DNA from: Phyllobates terribilis
Lineage: Eukaryota
NCBI RefSeq assembly: GCF_046119375.1
Contig: NW_027362773.1
Coordinates: 93,310,001 to 93,374,000, forward strand
Direction: 5' to 3'
Length of the DNA stretch: 64,000 bases
Shown here: positions 27,725-40,560 of the stretch, piece by piece
Numbering within the stretch: position 1 is the first letter of the stretch
How the letters are laid out: every line of letters begins with the position of its first letter
The notes under the pieces: model-generated
Databases searched by the model: none
Seen by the model: only the letters and a program-made list of their open reading frames with translations
What the model was told of the DNA's origin: nothing
Translations under genes and position numbers: made by a program

Positions 27725-30700
27725 GTCGCATAAAAAACAAAGTTAAGAGTCTTGGAATACGTCAACAGGATTTTATTTAATTATTTTTATTGTGCTTAAG
27801 TAGTAAAACACACAAAAAAAACACTATCTCCATTTGGTATTGCTGTAATTATATGAATCAGAGAACAAGCAATTTTTGTTTTACCGTGCTAACTAAGGGG
27901 TTAATATGCGGAACCTTGTTTTAGGGCCTTAATGAGGTCATTAAGATTGTCTGATGATAACTTGGCAGAAAAATCTGAAGAGCCGATATGAATGGAGAGA
28001 GGACGATATGAATGGAGAGAGGACGATAATCACAGTGGTCGGGTTATGAAATACCAGTATAAATGGAGATGGATTTATTGCCAGAGCAAAGTTGGACATT
28101 GGCCGATGAATAAAGTTCTCAAGAACCCGGAAACCACAAACATAACAACCCTCGTACAGAAAAAACCTGCAGGAGCGCGACGCCCTCTTGTGGCTGAAAA
28201 GTACAAGATACAGAGCGCTGCCTTCTAGCGGCTCATGCCGACCTCTTAACCCTTCCGATGATGAGCTGCTGAACTTCTACCATTAGGCTCGCTAGCAGCT
28301 CCCCATCCTCTTCCCTTATACACAGTCACGTAAAGGCTGCACACATTAGACTGAAGTCGGCCAAACCCACCGGGATCGGCTGACAGTCTTCATGCGTATG
28401 GGGGTCTCCCGACATTGGAATTACAATGTCCCCGGGGATAAGCCACTGCCGAGCGCTCCTGTATATGGAGGAGTCAGGAGAGTTATCGGTCAGCCACATG
28501 ATCACTTTCTAGTGTATATGGGGGGCGTTACAACATTGGATCCTTCCCCGACATCAAACGAGTGCTGCCCCCCGAATGTCACAGCTGCAGTTTGAGACCC
28601 TGAGCTCTACCATGACTTCCGTAAAAGTGAAAAAAAAAGTAATGTATGAACAGCAAAGATTCACAGCGGTACTCACCGGAGTTGGTAACTTGAGGATGAG
28701 TAACAGGGGGCTGAGGATACATCTGGGGGCCGGATGTTGGGGGATATGACCCACCTGCTGGATAGTAGCCAGGATACCCACTATGAACAGAAACCAGACA
28801 ATTCATTTTTTAGAGACACTTCACCTTCGTGGTCAAAAGGCAGAAAATGTGACGAAGGCGGCCATATACGAGAAAGCCTGCGCCTGACAACTATGACCCA
28901 TCTCCCCCCATACATAGGAACGCTCAGGGGTCCTACACAGGCCGCGCTATCAGAAACAGGGGGAGGAAACTGATTAAGTAAATAGATCAGCAAATTGTAA
29001 GTTTAGATATTTCTCATCTCCTTATATTGCATGGCATTTACTGTACCTTGGATTGGACGGGAGACCTGCCGAGGGGTAAGAGGGGATGGCGCCGGGCATG
29101 TATGAGGCTGAAATACATACGGAAAGGAATTATTAGTGATGAAAGGATAAAGGAAAAACGGACTGGATATTGGAAAGTAATAATGGAGTAAGATGGGCTG
29201 TTTCATCACGTAGAACAACCCTGAAACACTCTGTGCTACTGAAAGCCGAGCTCCTTCCACAATGTAAAATAATCAGAGGTTGATGGCAGTCATCATTTCC
29301 GTGATCCTGAAGTATATGGAATATTGTGGTCGGCCCTCAGTGTTACAGATTGCTCCAATACTAACAATGTAGAGACCACCACACAAAATACCACAATTCA
29401 CAGCGGTGTATTTACTGATGTGTCAGCACAAGGATCAGGAGAAAAGGACGAACAATGTTTCAGTCTCACCAAGGCCTCGTTCACAGCCGGTGCCTTGTGA
29501 AAGGAGCGGTCTGGGTTAACGCCGACAGACTGAAAGATCTTGGCGAGACTGAAACGTTGGCCGTCCTTTTCTAGGATTCATGTCAGACGTAGGTCAGTGT
29601 GTAAGTACCAAAGCCAGGGGTTGGAAGACTACGTAAAGGTCTTCTTATTTTATTAATATAGTTATTTAGCATAAAAAGCTTTCGGGATGCAATGCTGCCT
29701 TCATACTGTAAAAAAAACAAGACAAACATGGATATTGAAGCTTAGGATACGTCCTCGAAATGCGTTGTACACTACAGCAGTAATACAATGTAAAGGGAAT
29801 CTGTCATCGGGTTTATCTTGCAGGATCTGAGGGTCTCAGTATGGGCAGTATAACACCAGCCCCACATTCAATGTGTGAGTAGATATCATCGCTCCCCGGG
29901 TTCTGACGATTCTCTTGTGTGCAATTTTCTATCATTTTTAATTTTTCTTTGATAAGTCCAAATGTAGATGCAAAACTGCAAACCAACAGATTTCCGTGCA
30001 GAGCCGTCAGCCATCACGCTGATAACGTTTATTACCAAGGAAAGGTACAAAGAGATAAGACTCACTGTTGGGAGGTCCGGTGGCCGGGTACATGTATGGC
30101 GCCGGTGCAGATCGAGAAAAGACTGGTGGCTCCTCTCCAAATACGACAATCAGGATCTGAATTAACCCCAGCAAGTCTGACGGAGGCTGTAGAGAGGGAA
30201 TAAAGCAGTGACTACCCTGTGCTGGACGCTGTACTCATCTGTGGCCCGCGGAGCGGCTGCATCCAGCACATTCTCATTGAGTCACGTTCTGCTACTGACA
30301 CACTGTGCTGCTCTTCAGCTGTAACAAAGCGGTGGGTGATACCAGCTACACAGTCAGTACCGAGCATGAAGGAAAACAATGGAATACTAAAGCCTCTGCT
30401 TACATAATTAGCTACCTGTATATATACTATAATATCTATCAATCTATCTGTATACATCACTTGTGACCCAGGGTGACCTTGGTGGGTTAGGGGCTAGGTA
30501 TTAATTTTTGAGGTCTCCTCTCTAAGTAACCGGACGGAACTGCCAGGTATGGAGAGGTGACTGAGCATGCACGTCTCTTTATTAAAGGGGGTGTCCACCA
30601 TTGCCCTGCTTAATCAAATCAGGGCCCCATAAAAAAAAAAAGTAAATAAAAACAATTTATACTCTCCTCCCACTGCAAGGTTGGAGCAGCTTTTCCTGGT

Positions 30701-33700
30701 GGGTGACACATCATTGTTGTGTCACGAGACCGCTGCAGTCGATCAGCTGCTGGTCATAAATATTCTAGCAGAGCTAATGTCCGGACAAAATAGCAGAGGC
30801 TGCAGCCAGTCGGCGGACACAGACTGGCTGCAGTGCTCACGTAACAATGCGAGTGCCAGCTCAGGAGGCGAGGAACAGCTTTTCTTACTTTACGTGGGCA
30901 TTTATGAAGGTCCATTCAGGTTTTTCTCAGATAAGAATAAATCCCTAAATCCCTTGATCAATTTCCTATATAAAGCATCTATTACCGAAGAATAACTGCT
31001 CTCACAGTAAAGAATCCTGCCTGCGGACGCACATTGGGTACGACCACATTATAGAGAGCTCTGTTCTGTGCATGGATATATCTATATACAGATGACCCGG
31101 GACCGGACAGAGACCCGGGACCGGACAGAAATCCTCCCCGAGGACGCTTCTTGCAGGCGACCGTACTCACGTGTTTCCATTCGTGCAGATACGGGAGGTA
31201 GATCTTGCCGTTAGCGTCTACATGTTTTCCGGTTTTTATGGTCATCGTACTGGTGGGTTTAACAAAGCAGATTGGGGGGTTGTAGGGGTAGGTGTCCAGC
31301 AGCCAGAGACATATGGGGATATTGTATGTGTTACCTATAGTAAATGGAAACGAATGAGTGAGAATGTCTGATATCTAGCAACCGCCATCATAATATCTAA
31401 AGCAGTGCAGCCTGTGGCTCTCCAGCTACTACAACTCCCAGCAAGTCCTGTCCGCCACAAGCTGGGAATTATAGTTTTACAACAGGTGGGGAGTCTGTGG
31501 GACCATTGAATGCTAAAATATGCAAAAAAAATATCCTTAAACCGCCTTGAGTACAGGGTCAATAAATATGCAGCTGCCATGATTTAGTGCATATACATTA
31601 AAAGTTTAATATTATATTAAAGCAACATAATAAAGCGAGCAATACCATCTGCCAATCTCTCACCAATCCGCATGGTGGAAATGCTTCTCAGGATTTCTCT
31701 GTGCAATTTTTTAGCGAGAGAAACCTTTGCTCTCTCTGAAGGGCCAGTGCAAATGATTTAATCAGTGCTGACCATTCCCGAAAACAGAGGCTGCGTCTAA
31801 TGATTATTGCCCCACTCATGATTGCACGGGTACAGCAACAGCGACGGAGGGTTCAACACGAACGCCCAGGACGAGCGTGGACCTCATTAGTCCGGGCAGT
31901 GGAGAGATTCTCCCCAGTCTAATAGCGTATACACATTCCTGATAATATTTCTCCTTATACATTGTGGGCGAACTTTCCATTTTCCCACACCTTGAACTTA
32001 CCTTTATAGGGTACAGGAATGGTGCCCGAGAGGCTGAGGAGCTCTCTGGAGGTGCCATCATTGAAAACTAAAAGGAGAAACAGCAATTAGTCTCTAACCC
32101 ACAAATGTCGGCCAAGAATATTCCACAATGTCTCCGAACTTCTAGAGTTACCTCGGCTGGATATTGCTCTATGTCTGCACATGAGCAGCTGCCCCTCTCC
32201 TCATTGTGACAGGTGCTGTTTGACATCTTAGGGTGGTGCGTCTAATCTAAAGTTTGGTAGCTATTTTTACTCAAATTCTGTTTTTTTTGCTAAAGAAAGT
32301 CAATTTTTAAAGATCCCTCCTTGCTATCAATGAATGGAGCGCATTTTACCTGCACCAATACATAGTAACAAAACTGTACAGACGGGCTATTGCCATCCCA
32401 TAAAACGGTGGCAGGATGTGCCGCCACTTTAAGATTAGTGGGGATCTGATGTCTGGGACACATAGTGATGCTCAGAATAAAAGGGGCGCAGCAAGAGAGG
32501 TGATCTGCGGACCCTTTAAGGCTAAGTGCCCACGATGCAGAAATGCTGCATATTTTTTCAGCATCTCCTTGGCAGTAAAAATGCATGCGGTTTTTACATG
32601 CGTTTTTCCTGCCAGGTAGAAGCGTTTGTCAAGCGTTCTTCACATGCATTTCCGCATGCGGGTTGTCAAGCGCTTACCAAGCGATTTTAGCATCACTTGG
32701 AAAGTGCTTGACAACTTGGTCACACTATATAAATCCATGCAACCGGCATAGATTTATATAGTGTGACCAAGTTACGATGCTGCAAATGCAACATCAATAG
32801 TAAAAATGAAAAAAAAGAAAATGGTGAAAAAAAAACATTATACTCCCCTTCCGATGGCCCCCGGTCTCCTTATCCGGTGTCTTCGCCGGCTCGCGGTGGT
32901 GTAAAAGGACCTTCAATGACGTCATTTGGTCGCGTGACCTGTCACATGACTAAATGACGTCATAGAAGGTCCTTTTACACCACCGCGAGCCGCCGAAGAC
33001 ACCGGATGCACCGTACAGGAGACCGGGGGACATCGGAAGGTGAGTATAATGTGTTTTTTTTATTTTAATTCTTTTTGAACAGGTACTATGGTACCTGGGT
33101 CTGGAGGAGAGTCTCCTCTTCTCCAGACCCGGGTACCATCCGCACATTGAAACGCTTAATATCCGCATGTGCATATGTAGTCATGTGGATATTATGAGAT
33201 TCAATGCAAGTCAATGGTGGCAATTATGCCGCATTTCCGCAAGGTTAATAGACATGCTGCAGATTTTCCCGCAATGATAATCCGCAGCGGAAATTTCCGC
33301 AGCATGTGCACAGCACATGCAGATCATCATTGGGTATCATGGGACACGTGTTACCAAGCGTTTTCGCTGCGGAAATTCCGCGGCGAAAACGCTTGAGAAA
33401 TGCATCGTGGGCACGCAGCTTAACACCACACACCAAGACATACGACCCCCCGGCTGTACAGGGACCCGAATTGAGCGGTGCTGCAGCTCCCTCACAGTGA
33501 GGGAGAACAGTGAAGGGGCTGCGGAGCAACAAGAGCACAGACATCTTCATTTTTGGAATCTGTGTAGGTCCCAAGGCCGGACCCACATCGACCATAAAGT
33601 GATGACATGCTCCAGACATATGCCATCACGTTTCAAGATAGGAATACCCTTGCATTGGTTTCAATAAATTCCCTTTATTTCCTCGTGTTCTCGGCTGAAG

Positions 33701-36700
33701 GACGATATAAAGAAAGCTTTTTCTTATGTGCAGAATAGGATTTTGAGGTGGTGGTAGGCGACAACGTCTATCATTCACTTCCTTTGTAGACGGAGGAAGA
33801 AGTGAACATGAGACAGAGACCACTTTGTCTCCTGCACCTCCCCCTCCATGGGATCAGTCCTCGCTGTCTGGTGTCCTGCGGCGTTGGGGGGTCGCTGTTA
33901 GGGTGTGATGGTGCCGCAAAAATATATACATGATAAAATCCAATTTGGTGCAAAGAGCCTGGGATAAGCCTGAGAGGGGCGCTGCATTGTGGTGCCTATG
34001 ACGGGACACAATACCTCGCTACTGCCCCCTGCAGACATCCGTCACGTACCATAATGGTCAGGTAATGGTTTGAGGTCTCTGTAAAGCCCGATGACATTCA
34101 TGATCTCCCGCACTGACAGATCTCTGTATTTGTACTGAAATAAAGCAGAAAAAAAATATTAAAAATCACAACAAAAAGCCCCATCAGCCTCAGATACATC
34201 TCTTCAATGTGAATGTGCAGCATCAAACACTATTTTACATTTTTAAAATCTTAATTGGCCTCAATATTTTGATCTAATACAATTTTTAATATATTTATAG
34301 GTCGCAGATACATTGCTACAAAACGTATGCACAGAGATGGTTACAAGATACAATTCTGTATTCCTGCAGCCACCACTAGGGGGAGCTCACTGAATGCAGC
34401 TTTATTATTGGGTTCAGTATATACAGTATGCAGTAAGCCCCCCCTAGTGGTGGCTGCGAACAGCCATGTGGCTCCCAGGCTTAGATCCTTTAGTTTTAGG
34501 TTATGTGCCCATGATGCAGAAATGCTGCATATTTTTTCCGCTTCTCCCTGGCAGGAAAAATGCATGCGGATTTTACATGCGGTTTTCCTGCCAGGTAGAA
34601 GCGTTTGTCAAGCGTTTTTGCATGCATTTCCGCATGCGGGTTGACAAGCGCTTTTCCAAGCGATTTTAGCATCACTTGGAAAAGTGCTTGACAACTTGGT
34701 CACACTATATAAATCCATGGAACCGGCATAGAGTTATATAGTGTGACCAAGTAATAGTTTCAAAAAAAAAAGAAAAAAAAAGAATAAGAATGGTAAAACA
34801 AAGATTATACTCACCTTCCGATGACCCCCAGTGTCTCCTCCGCTACATCCGGCCTGTTGTATGGGTCGCGGTGGTGTGAAAGGACCTGCCATGACATCAT
34901 TGAGTCATGTGACAGGTCACGCGACCGCTGACGCCGGCGGTCACGTGACCTGTCACATGACTCAATGACGTCATGGAAGGTCCTTTCACACCACCGCGAC
35001 CCAAGCAACAGACCGGACGCATCGCTGTGGATACCGGGGGTCATCAGAAGGTAAGTATAATCTTTATTTTAAATTCTTTTTAACAGGTTCTATGGTACCC
35101 GGGTCTGGAGGAGAGTCTCCTCTTCTCCAGACCTGGGTACCATCTGCACATTAAACCGTATGATATCCGCTTGTGCACATGTAGTGATGCAGATATTATG
35201 AGATTCAATGCAAGTCAATGGCGGCAATTACGCTGCGTGTCCGCAAAATTAATGGACATGCTGCGTATTTTTCCGCAACGATAATCCGCAGCATGTGCAC
35301 AACAGAGGCGGATTATCATTGGGGACCATGGGGCACGTATTATCAAGCGTTTTCGCTGCGGAAATTCTGCGGCAAAAACGCTTGAAAAACGCATAGTGGG
35401 CACACAGCCTTAAGGTGCAGGGGTGTAACAGTGTCTCTGGCCATGACGCCCCCGTACATGTACTGTATGTGTAGCTGACATTCATCTGCTAGAACAGGGG
35501 GGACATGACGTGTGGACGCAGATACAATGTCTGCACTCCATTCCAGCAGATCACAGGATCCGGGTGGCTTTACTCCTCAGGTGTCACTTCCTTAAATAGA
35601 AATCTGCAGGGACTCAGGTAGTGATGCCTTCCAGTGACATCATAATGACTCATGGCTGTCAGCACATGACTAACTGCCCATACACAAGGCTTAAAGGGAC
35701 AGCGGCATACAATAAAGAAATGCACTGACAGTAAATGTACAGTACATCCATCATACACGGATTAACGGCAGGTGGGAGACGGGGGGGGGGGGGAAGACGG
35801 GAGACGGCGCCGAGGCCAGGATACCGGGGGGAAAGACGGGAGACGGCGCCGAGGCCGGGATACCGGGGGGGAAAGACGGGAGACGGCGCCGAGGCCGGGA
35901 TACCGGGGGGGAAAGACGGGAGACGGCGCCGAGGCCGGGATACCGGGGGGGAAAGACGGGAGACGGCGCCGAGGCCGGGATACCGGGGGGGAAAGACGGG
36001 AGACGGCGCCGAGGCCGGGATACCGGGGGGGAAAGACGGGAGACGGCGCCGAGGCCGGGATACCGGGGGGGAAAGACGGGAGACGGCGCCGAGGCCGGGA
36101 TACCGGGGGGGAAAGACGGGAGACGGCGCCGAGGCCGGGATACCGGGGGGGAAAGACGGGAGACGGCGCCGAGGCCGGGATACCGGGGGGGAAAGACGGG
36201 AGACGGCGCCGAGGCCGGGATACCGGGGGGGAAAGACGGGAGACGGCGCCGAGGCCGGGATACCGGGGGGGAAAGACGGGAGACGGCGCCGAGGCCGGGA
36301 TACCGGGGGGGAAAGACGGGAGACGGCGCCGAGGCCGGGATACCGGGGGGGAAAGACGGGAGACGGCGCCGAGGCCGGGATACCGGGGGGGAAAGACGGG
36401 AGACGGCGCCGAGGCCGGGATACCGGGGGGGAAAGACGGGAGACGGCGCCGAGGCCGGGATACCGGGGGGGAAAGACGGGAGACGGCGCCGAGGCCGGGA
36501 TACCGGGGGGGAAAGACGGGAGACGGCGCCGAGGCCGGGATACCGGGGGGGAAAGACGGGAGACGGCGCCGAGGCCGGGATACCGGGGGGGAAAGACGGG
36601 AGACGGCGCCGAGGCCGGGATACCGGGGGGGAAAGACGGGAGACGGCGCCGAGGCCGGGATACCGGGGGGGAAAGACGGGAGACGGCGCCGAGGCCGGGA

Positions 36701-38130
36701 TACCGGGGGGGAAAGACGGGAGACGGCGCCGAGGCCGGGATACCGGGGGGGAAAGACGGGAGACGGCGCCGAGGCCGGGATACCGGGGGGGAAAGACGGG
36801 AGACGGCGCCGAGGCCGGGATACCGGGGGGGAAAGACGGGAGACGGCGCCGAGGCCGGGATACCGGGGGGGAAAGACGGGAGACGGCGCCGAGGCCGGGA
36901 TACCGGGGGGGAAAGACGGGAGACGGCGCCGAGGCCGGGATACCGGGGGGGAAAGACGGGAGACGGCGCCGAGGCCGGGATACCGGGGGGGAAAGACGGG
37001 AGACGGCGCCGAGGCCGGGATACCGGGGGGGAAAGACGGGAGACGGCGCCGAGGCCGGGATACCGGGGGGGAAAGACGGGAGACGGCGCCGAGGCCGGGA
37101 TACCGGGGGGAAAGACGGGAGACGGCGCGGAGGCCGGGATACCGGGGGGAAAGACGGGAGACGGCGCGGAGGCCGGGATACCGGGGGGAAAGACGGGAGA
37201 CGGCGCGGAGGCCGGGATACCGGGGGGAAAGACGGGAGACGGCGCGGAGGCCGGGATACCGGGGGGAAAGACGGGAGACGGCGCGGAGGCCGGGATACCG
37301 GGGGGGAAAGACGGGAGACGGCGCGGAGGCCGGGATACCGGGGGGAAAGACGGGAGACGGCGCGGAGGCCGGGATACCGGGGGGAAAGACGGGAGACGGC
37401 GCGGAGGCCGGGATACCGGGGGGAAAGACGGGAGACGGCGCGGAGGCCGGAATACCGGGGGAGGGGGGGGGGATACGGCGCGGAGGCCGGGATACCGGGG
37501 GAGGGGGGGGGGGATACGGCGCGGAGGCCGGGATACCGGGGGAGGGGGGGGGGGATACGGCGCGGAGGCCGGGATACCGGGGGAGGGGGGGGATAGGGCG
37601 CGGAGGCCGGGATACCGGGGGAGGGGATACGGCGCGGAGGCCGGGATACCGGGGGGAAAGACGGGAGACGGCGCGGAGGCCGGGATACCGGTGGAGGGGG
37701 GGGGGATACGGCGCGGAGGCCGGGATACCGGGGGAGGGGGGATACGGCGCGGAGGCCGGGATACCGGGGGAGGGGGGGGGGGATACGGCGCGGAGGCCGG
37801 GATACCGGGGGAGGGGGGGGGGATACGGCGCGGAGGCCGGGATACCGGGGGAGGGGGGGGGGAATACGGCGCGGAGGCCGGGATACCGGGGGAGGGGTGG
37901 GGGGATACGGCGCGGGGGCCGGGATACCGGGGGAGGCGGGAGACGGCAGGGAGTGTTGGGGGGGGTTTATACATGATACAGAGGCCGCGATAACGGGGGC
38001 GGTGTCAGAGAATGTTGGTGGGACCACAGTGACAGGGACTCCCGCGGGTCAGACGTGGTGACCCGCTTGTGTGCGGTGCTCTCCTCACCTTGCTCAGCAT
38101 CTTCTTCAGCTGGGCCTCTGGCACCGCCAT
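23048..38130 (-). CDS. tsg101: Tumor susceptibility gene 101 / ESCRT-I Vps23 (391 aa, 10 coding exons)
   Basis: Exons 38130-38089, 34134-34050, 32067-32002, 31334-31171, 30186-30066, 29107-29047, 28780-28677, 25140-24938, 24685-24446, 23137-23048, all GT-AG and in frame. [14 protein letters not shown]...UEV...PTAP motif ([11 protein letters not shown])...KTAGLSDLY*. Minus-strand AATAAA at 22311-22316. Confidence 0.97.
23282..24212. mobile_element. ~900-bp palindromic MITE (TTAA-type), copy A
   Basis: Ends GCTATGTGCCCACGTAGC / GCTACGTGGGCACATAGCC; homologous to copies at 32517 and 34496, in opposite orientation. Confidence 0.8.
32517..33423. mobile_element. ~900-bp palindromic MITE, copy B
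   Basis: TTAAGGCTAAGTGCCCACGATGCA ... TGCATCGTGGGCACGCAGCTTAA, with internal hairpins. Confidence 0.8.
34496..35413. mobile_element. ~900-bp palindromic MITE, copy C
   Basis: Colinear with copy B; ends GTGGGCACACAGCCTTAA. Confidence 0.8.
35774..37950. repeat. G-rich CpG-rich minisatellite in tsg101 intron 1 (40-bp unit GGGGGGGAAAGACGGGAGACGGCGCCGAGGCCGGGATACC)
   Basis: About 32 apparently perfect 40-mers, then 39-mers, then degenerate units toward exon 1. The long ORF-track entries here are repeat artefacts. Confidence 0.98.
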
Positions 38131-38345
38131 GGTGAGGGGTGTCCCCGCCGCTCACTCACAGTCCCCGATCTCCCTCCGTTTCCCTCTTTGGGCTCCTAGA
38201 ACCAAACCCAGCGAAGCCGGAAATCCAGCTGTCCGCACTGCGACTTCCGCTCCTGGCGCTTACGTCACTTCCCTGGATACAGCAGTGTGTTACCATGGGG
38301 ACCACAGTCCGCGCTGCAGCCGCCATGTTGGATAAGGGCAGGTCT
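38131..38345 (-). promoter_or_regulatory. tsg101 5'UTR / promoter
   Basis: Two ACTTCC (ETS-type) sites, TTACGTCA (CRE/ATF-like), X-box-like GTTACCATGGGGAC and YY1-type GCCGCCATGTTG; the same motifs are conserved in the paralog promoter. Confidence 0.7.
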
Positions 38346-38869
38346 CCCTGACTCCAGCTTTTACATTGAGAGACTATTTTTTATCGAATAAATGATCTAA
38401 GTAGTAAAATAAATCCTCTATACAGATCTGCTGTCCGCACATTGTAATATCGAATATTAACATTTATATATGAGGCATAGTCTCTATAGAATCAGATTGC
38501 ATCATATGATGGCGCAATACAACCAGATATAACCACCCAACTGCAGAAATGGGAAGGGGAACTGCCAAGTGGACATTTCATATCCCTAGTGACTTCTGGG
38601 CCTATTACAGCAGTAGGCCGCGGCGCTGCCGTTTCCTGTACTGCGGCTCACGGTTGCGCTGCTGTGCAAAAAAAAATAGTGAAGGGGCCGCAGTCCTGAA
38701 TCTGCAGCGCAAACGGAGACATCACTTGAGATGGGAATAACCGTTTAAGTAATTGTCCTCAGTCTCCAGCATTGGTCTACTGGAGCGGGCACAGGGGCGG
38801 ACGTCCTGGGTGCAAAATGTCATAAGAAAAAGGGGAGTAAGGGGCTGTCTTCCAATCGATTTCTGGGTA

Positions 38870-40010
38870 GAAGTAAATATCGCCCTCTTCACTTTGCTCA
38901 TGTACTGTCTAATGCATCTTTAATACCCCTCAACCAGATATTTCAGGACTGCTCTATCCCTCCAAGAGCCGACTATGACTATAGACAATTGAAACATTTC
39001 TATTCCCATGTTAGAAAAGATAGACGGCTCAATAGGGATTTTACAAATTTTGAAAAACTGTTCCTGTCGTCGTCTCCACCCTCGCACTCCATCTTACTGC
39101 TCTATAAACACCTAATAGCCCATACTACAACTACCAGACCACCCTATTGCGATGCATGGGAAAGAGAACTGGCCAAATCTTTTGAAGACTCACAATGCGC
39201 TAAAGGTTTTCAATTTGCTCACAAAACGTCAATTGCAACCAAAGCTCAAGAGACCTCCTTTAAGATCATCTCCAGATGGTACCGGGTTCCTGTATTACTT
39301 CATAAGTGGTTTCCCGCAGTATCAGATAGAAGCTGGAGATGTGGAGTGGAAGAGGGGACGATGACACACATTTGGTGGAGCTGTCCCATAATAAAAGGTT
39401 TCTGGACTCAGGTAATTCAGACTATTAAAAAAACGTCTGGTCTTTCTGTGCCCGACTCTCCTGAATCTCTTTTGCTCTTTATGATCCCAATTAGTCTCAC
39501 CAAATACAAAAGGTCTTTAATAAGCTACCATATACAGGCTGCTAAGAATGTCATTCCTCATCACTGGAAAGTACTTCACCTACTCTGGAGGAGCGGTTCT
39601 GTGAAATAGCCCTTCTAAATAGGATGGAACATTTGATTGCCCGATCCCCCACAGATTGTGATACTGTGAGACTTGATTGAATCTCAGGAATCCGATGCCT
39701 AGCGTCTTTCATCAGACTGATGTGACCCACCCTTTTCTCTGGTGCGTTTCTTCTCTGTACTGATTATGCTCCGTGTTGGTTCGCGCCTGACTGCACCATG
39801 TAGGATTTTAGTAACTTCATAATTGTAATACTGATGTCCTAAAATGTTCCCTTCCTTCCTTTTTCTTCCTATAACTTGATGTTTTATTGGACCTTATACT
39901 TTTAATCTATGATATATTGATGCTGATATTGTCCTGGTTATTCTTATTTTTTTGTATTTTTGTAATTGAAAATTATTTAACCTTTCAATAAAAATTTAAT
40001 TTTGAAAAAG
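38870..40010 (+). mobile_element. L1-clade LINE 3' fragment (ORF2 C-terminal Cys-rich domain plus 3'UTR)
   Basis: ORF 38989-39609 contains WERE...KIISRWY...SDRSWRCGVEEGTMTHIWWSCP...FW; T-rich UTR and AATAAA/A-rich end. Confidence 0.85.
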
Positions 40011-40029
40011 GGAAGTAAATTAGCATTGG

Positions 40030-40560
40030 TGTTGTTAGCGCCCTAGGTCTGGAAATGTGTGCGCGTCCCAGACTTGTAGCCCGGTGCCCCAGATCTGGGA
40101 CCATGCGCATGTCCCAGACTTGTAGGCCAGTGCCCCAGATCTGGGACCATGTGCGTGTCCCAGACTTGTAACCCGGTGCCCTAGATCTGGGACAATGCGT
40201 GTGTCCCAGACTTGTAGCCCGGTGCCCCATGTCTGGGACCATGCGCATGTCCCAGACTTGTAACCCGGTGTCCTAGATCTGGGACCATGCGCGTGTCCCA
40301 GACTTGTAGCCCGGTGCCCCAGATCTGGGACCATGCGCGTGTCCCAGACTTGTTGGCCGATGCCCTAGATCTGTGACCATGTGCGTGTCCCAGACTTGTT
40401 GGCCAATGCCCTAGATCTGGGACCATGCGCATGTCCCAGACTTGTAACCCGGTACCCTAGATCTGGGACCATGCGAGTGTCCCAGACTTGTTGGTTGATG
40501 CCCTAGATCTGGGACCGCGAACGTGTCCCAGACTTGTAGGCCGATGCCCCAGATCTGAGC
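40030..40560. repeat. 46-bp minisatellite with internal palindrome CCCAGATCTGGG
   Basis: About 11 units of CCCAGACTTGTAGCCCGGTGCCCCAGATCTGGGACCATGCGCGTGT. Confidence 0.95.

Noticed and set aside
29665-29710. Minus-strand GTATGAAGGCAGCATTGCATCCCGAAAGCTT, hammerhead-like
   Set aside because: The CUGANGA core is broken and no stem I could be formed; at most a decayed Penelope end.
35821-37108. CRISPR-like regular periodicity (also at 40030, 57255 and 61997)
   Set aside because: The units are contiguous with no unique spacers, there are no cas genes, and the context is a vertebrate intron.
35659-38027. Four 730-770 aa ORFs on both strands
   Set aside because: They are translations of the stop-free GC-rich 40-bp minisatellite inside tsg101 intron 1; they are open in several frames at once.
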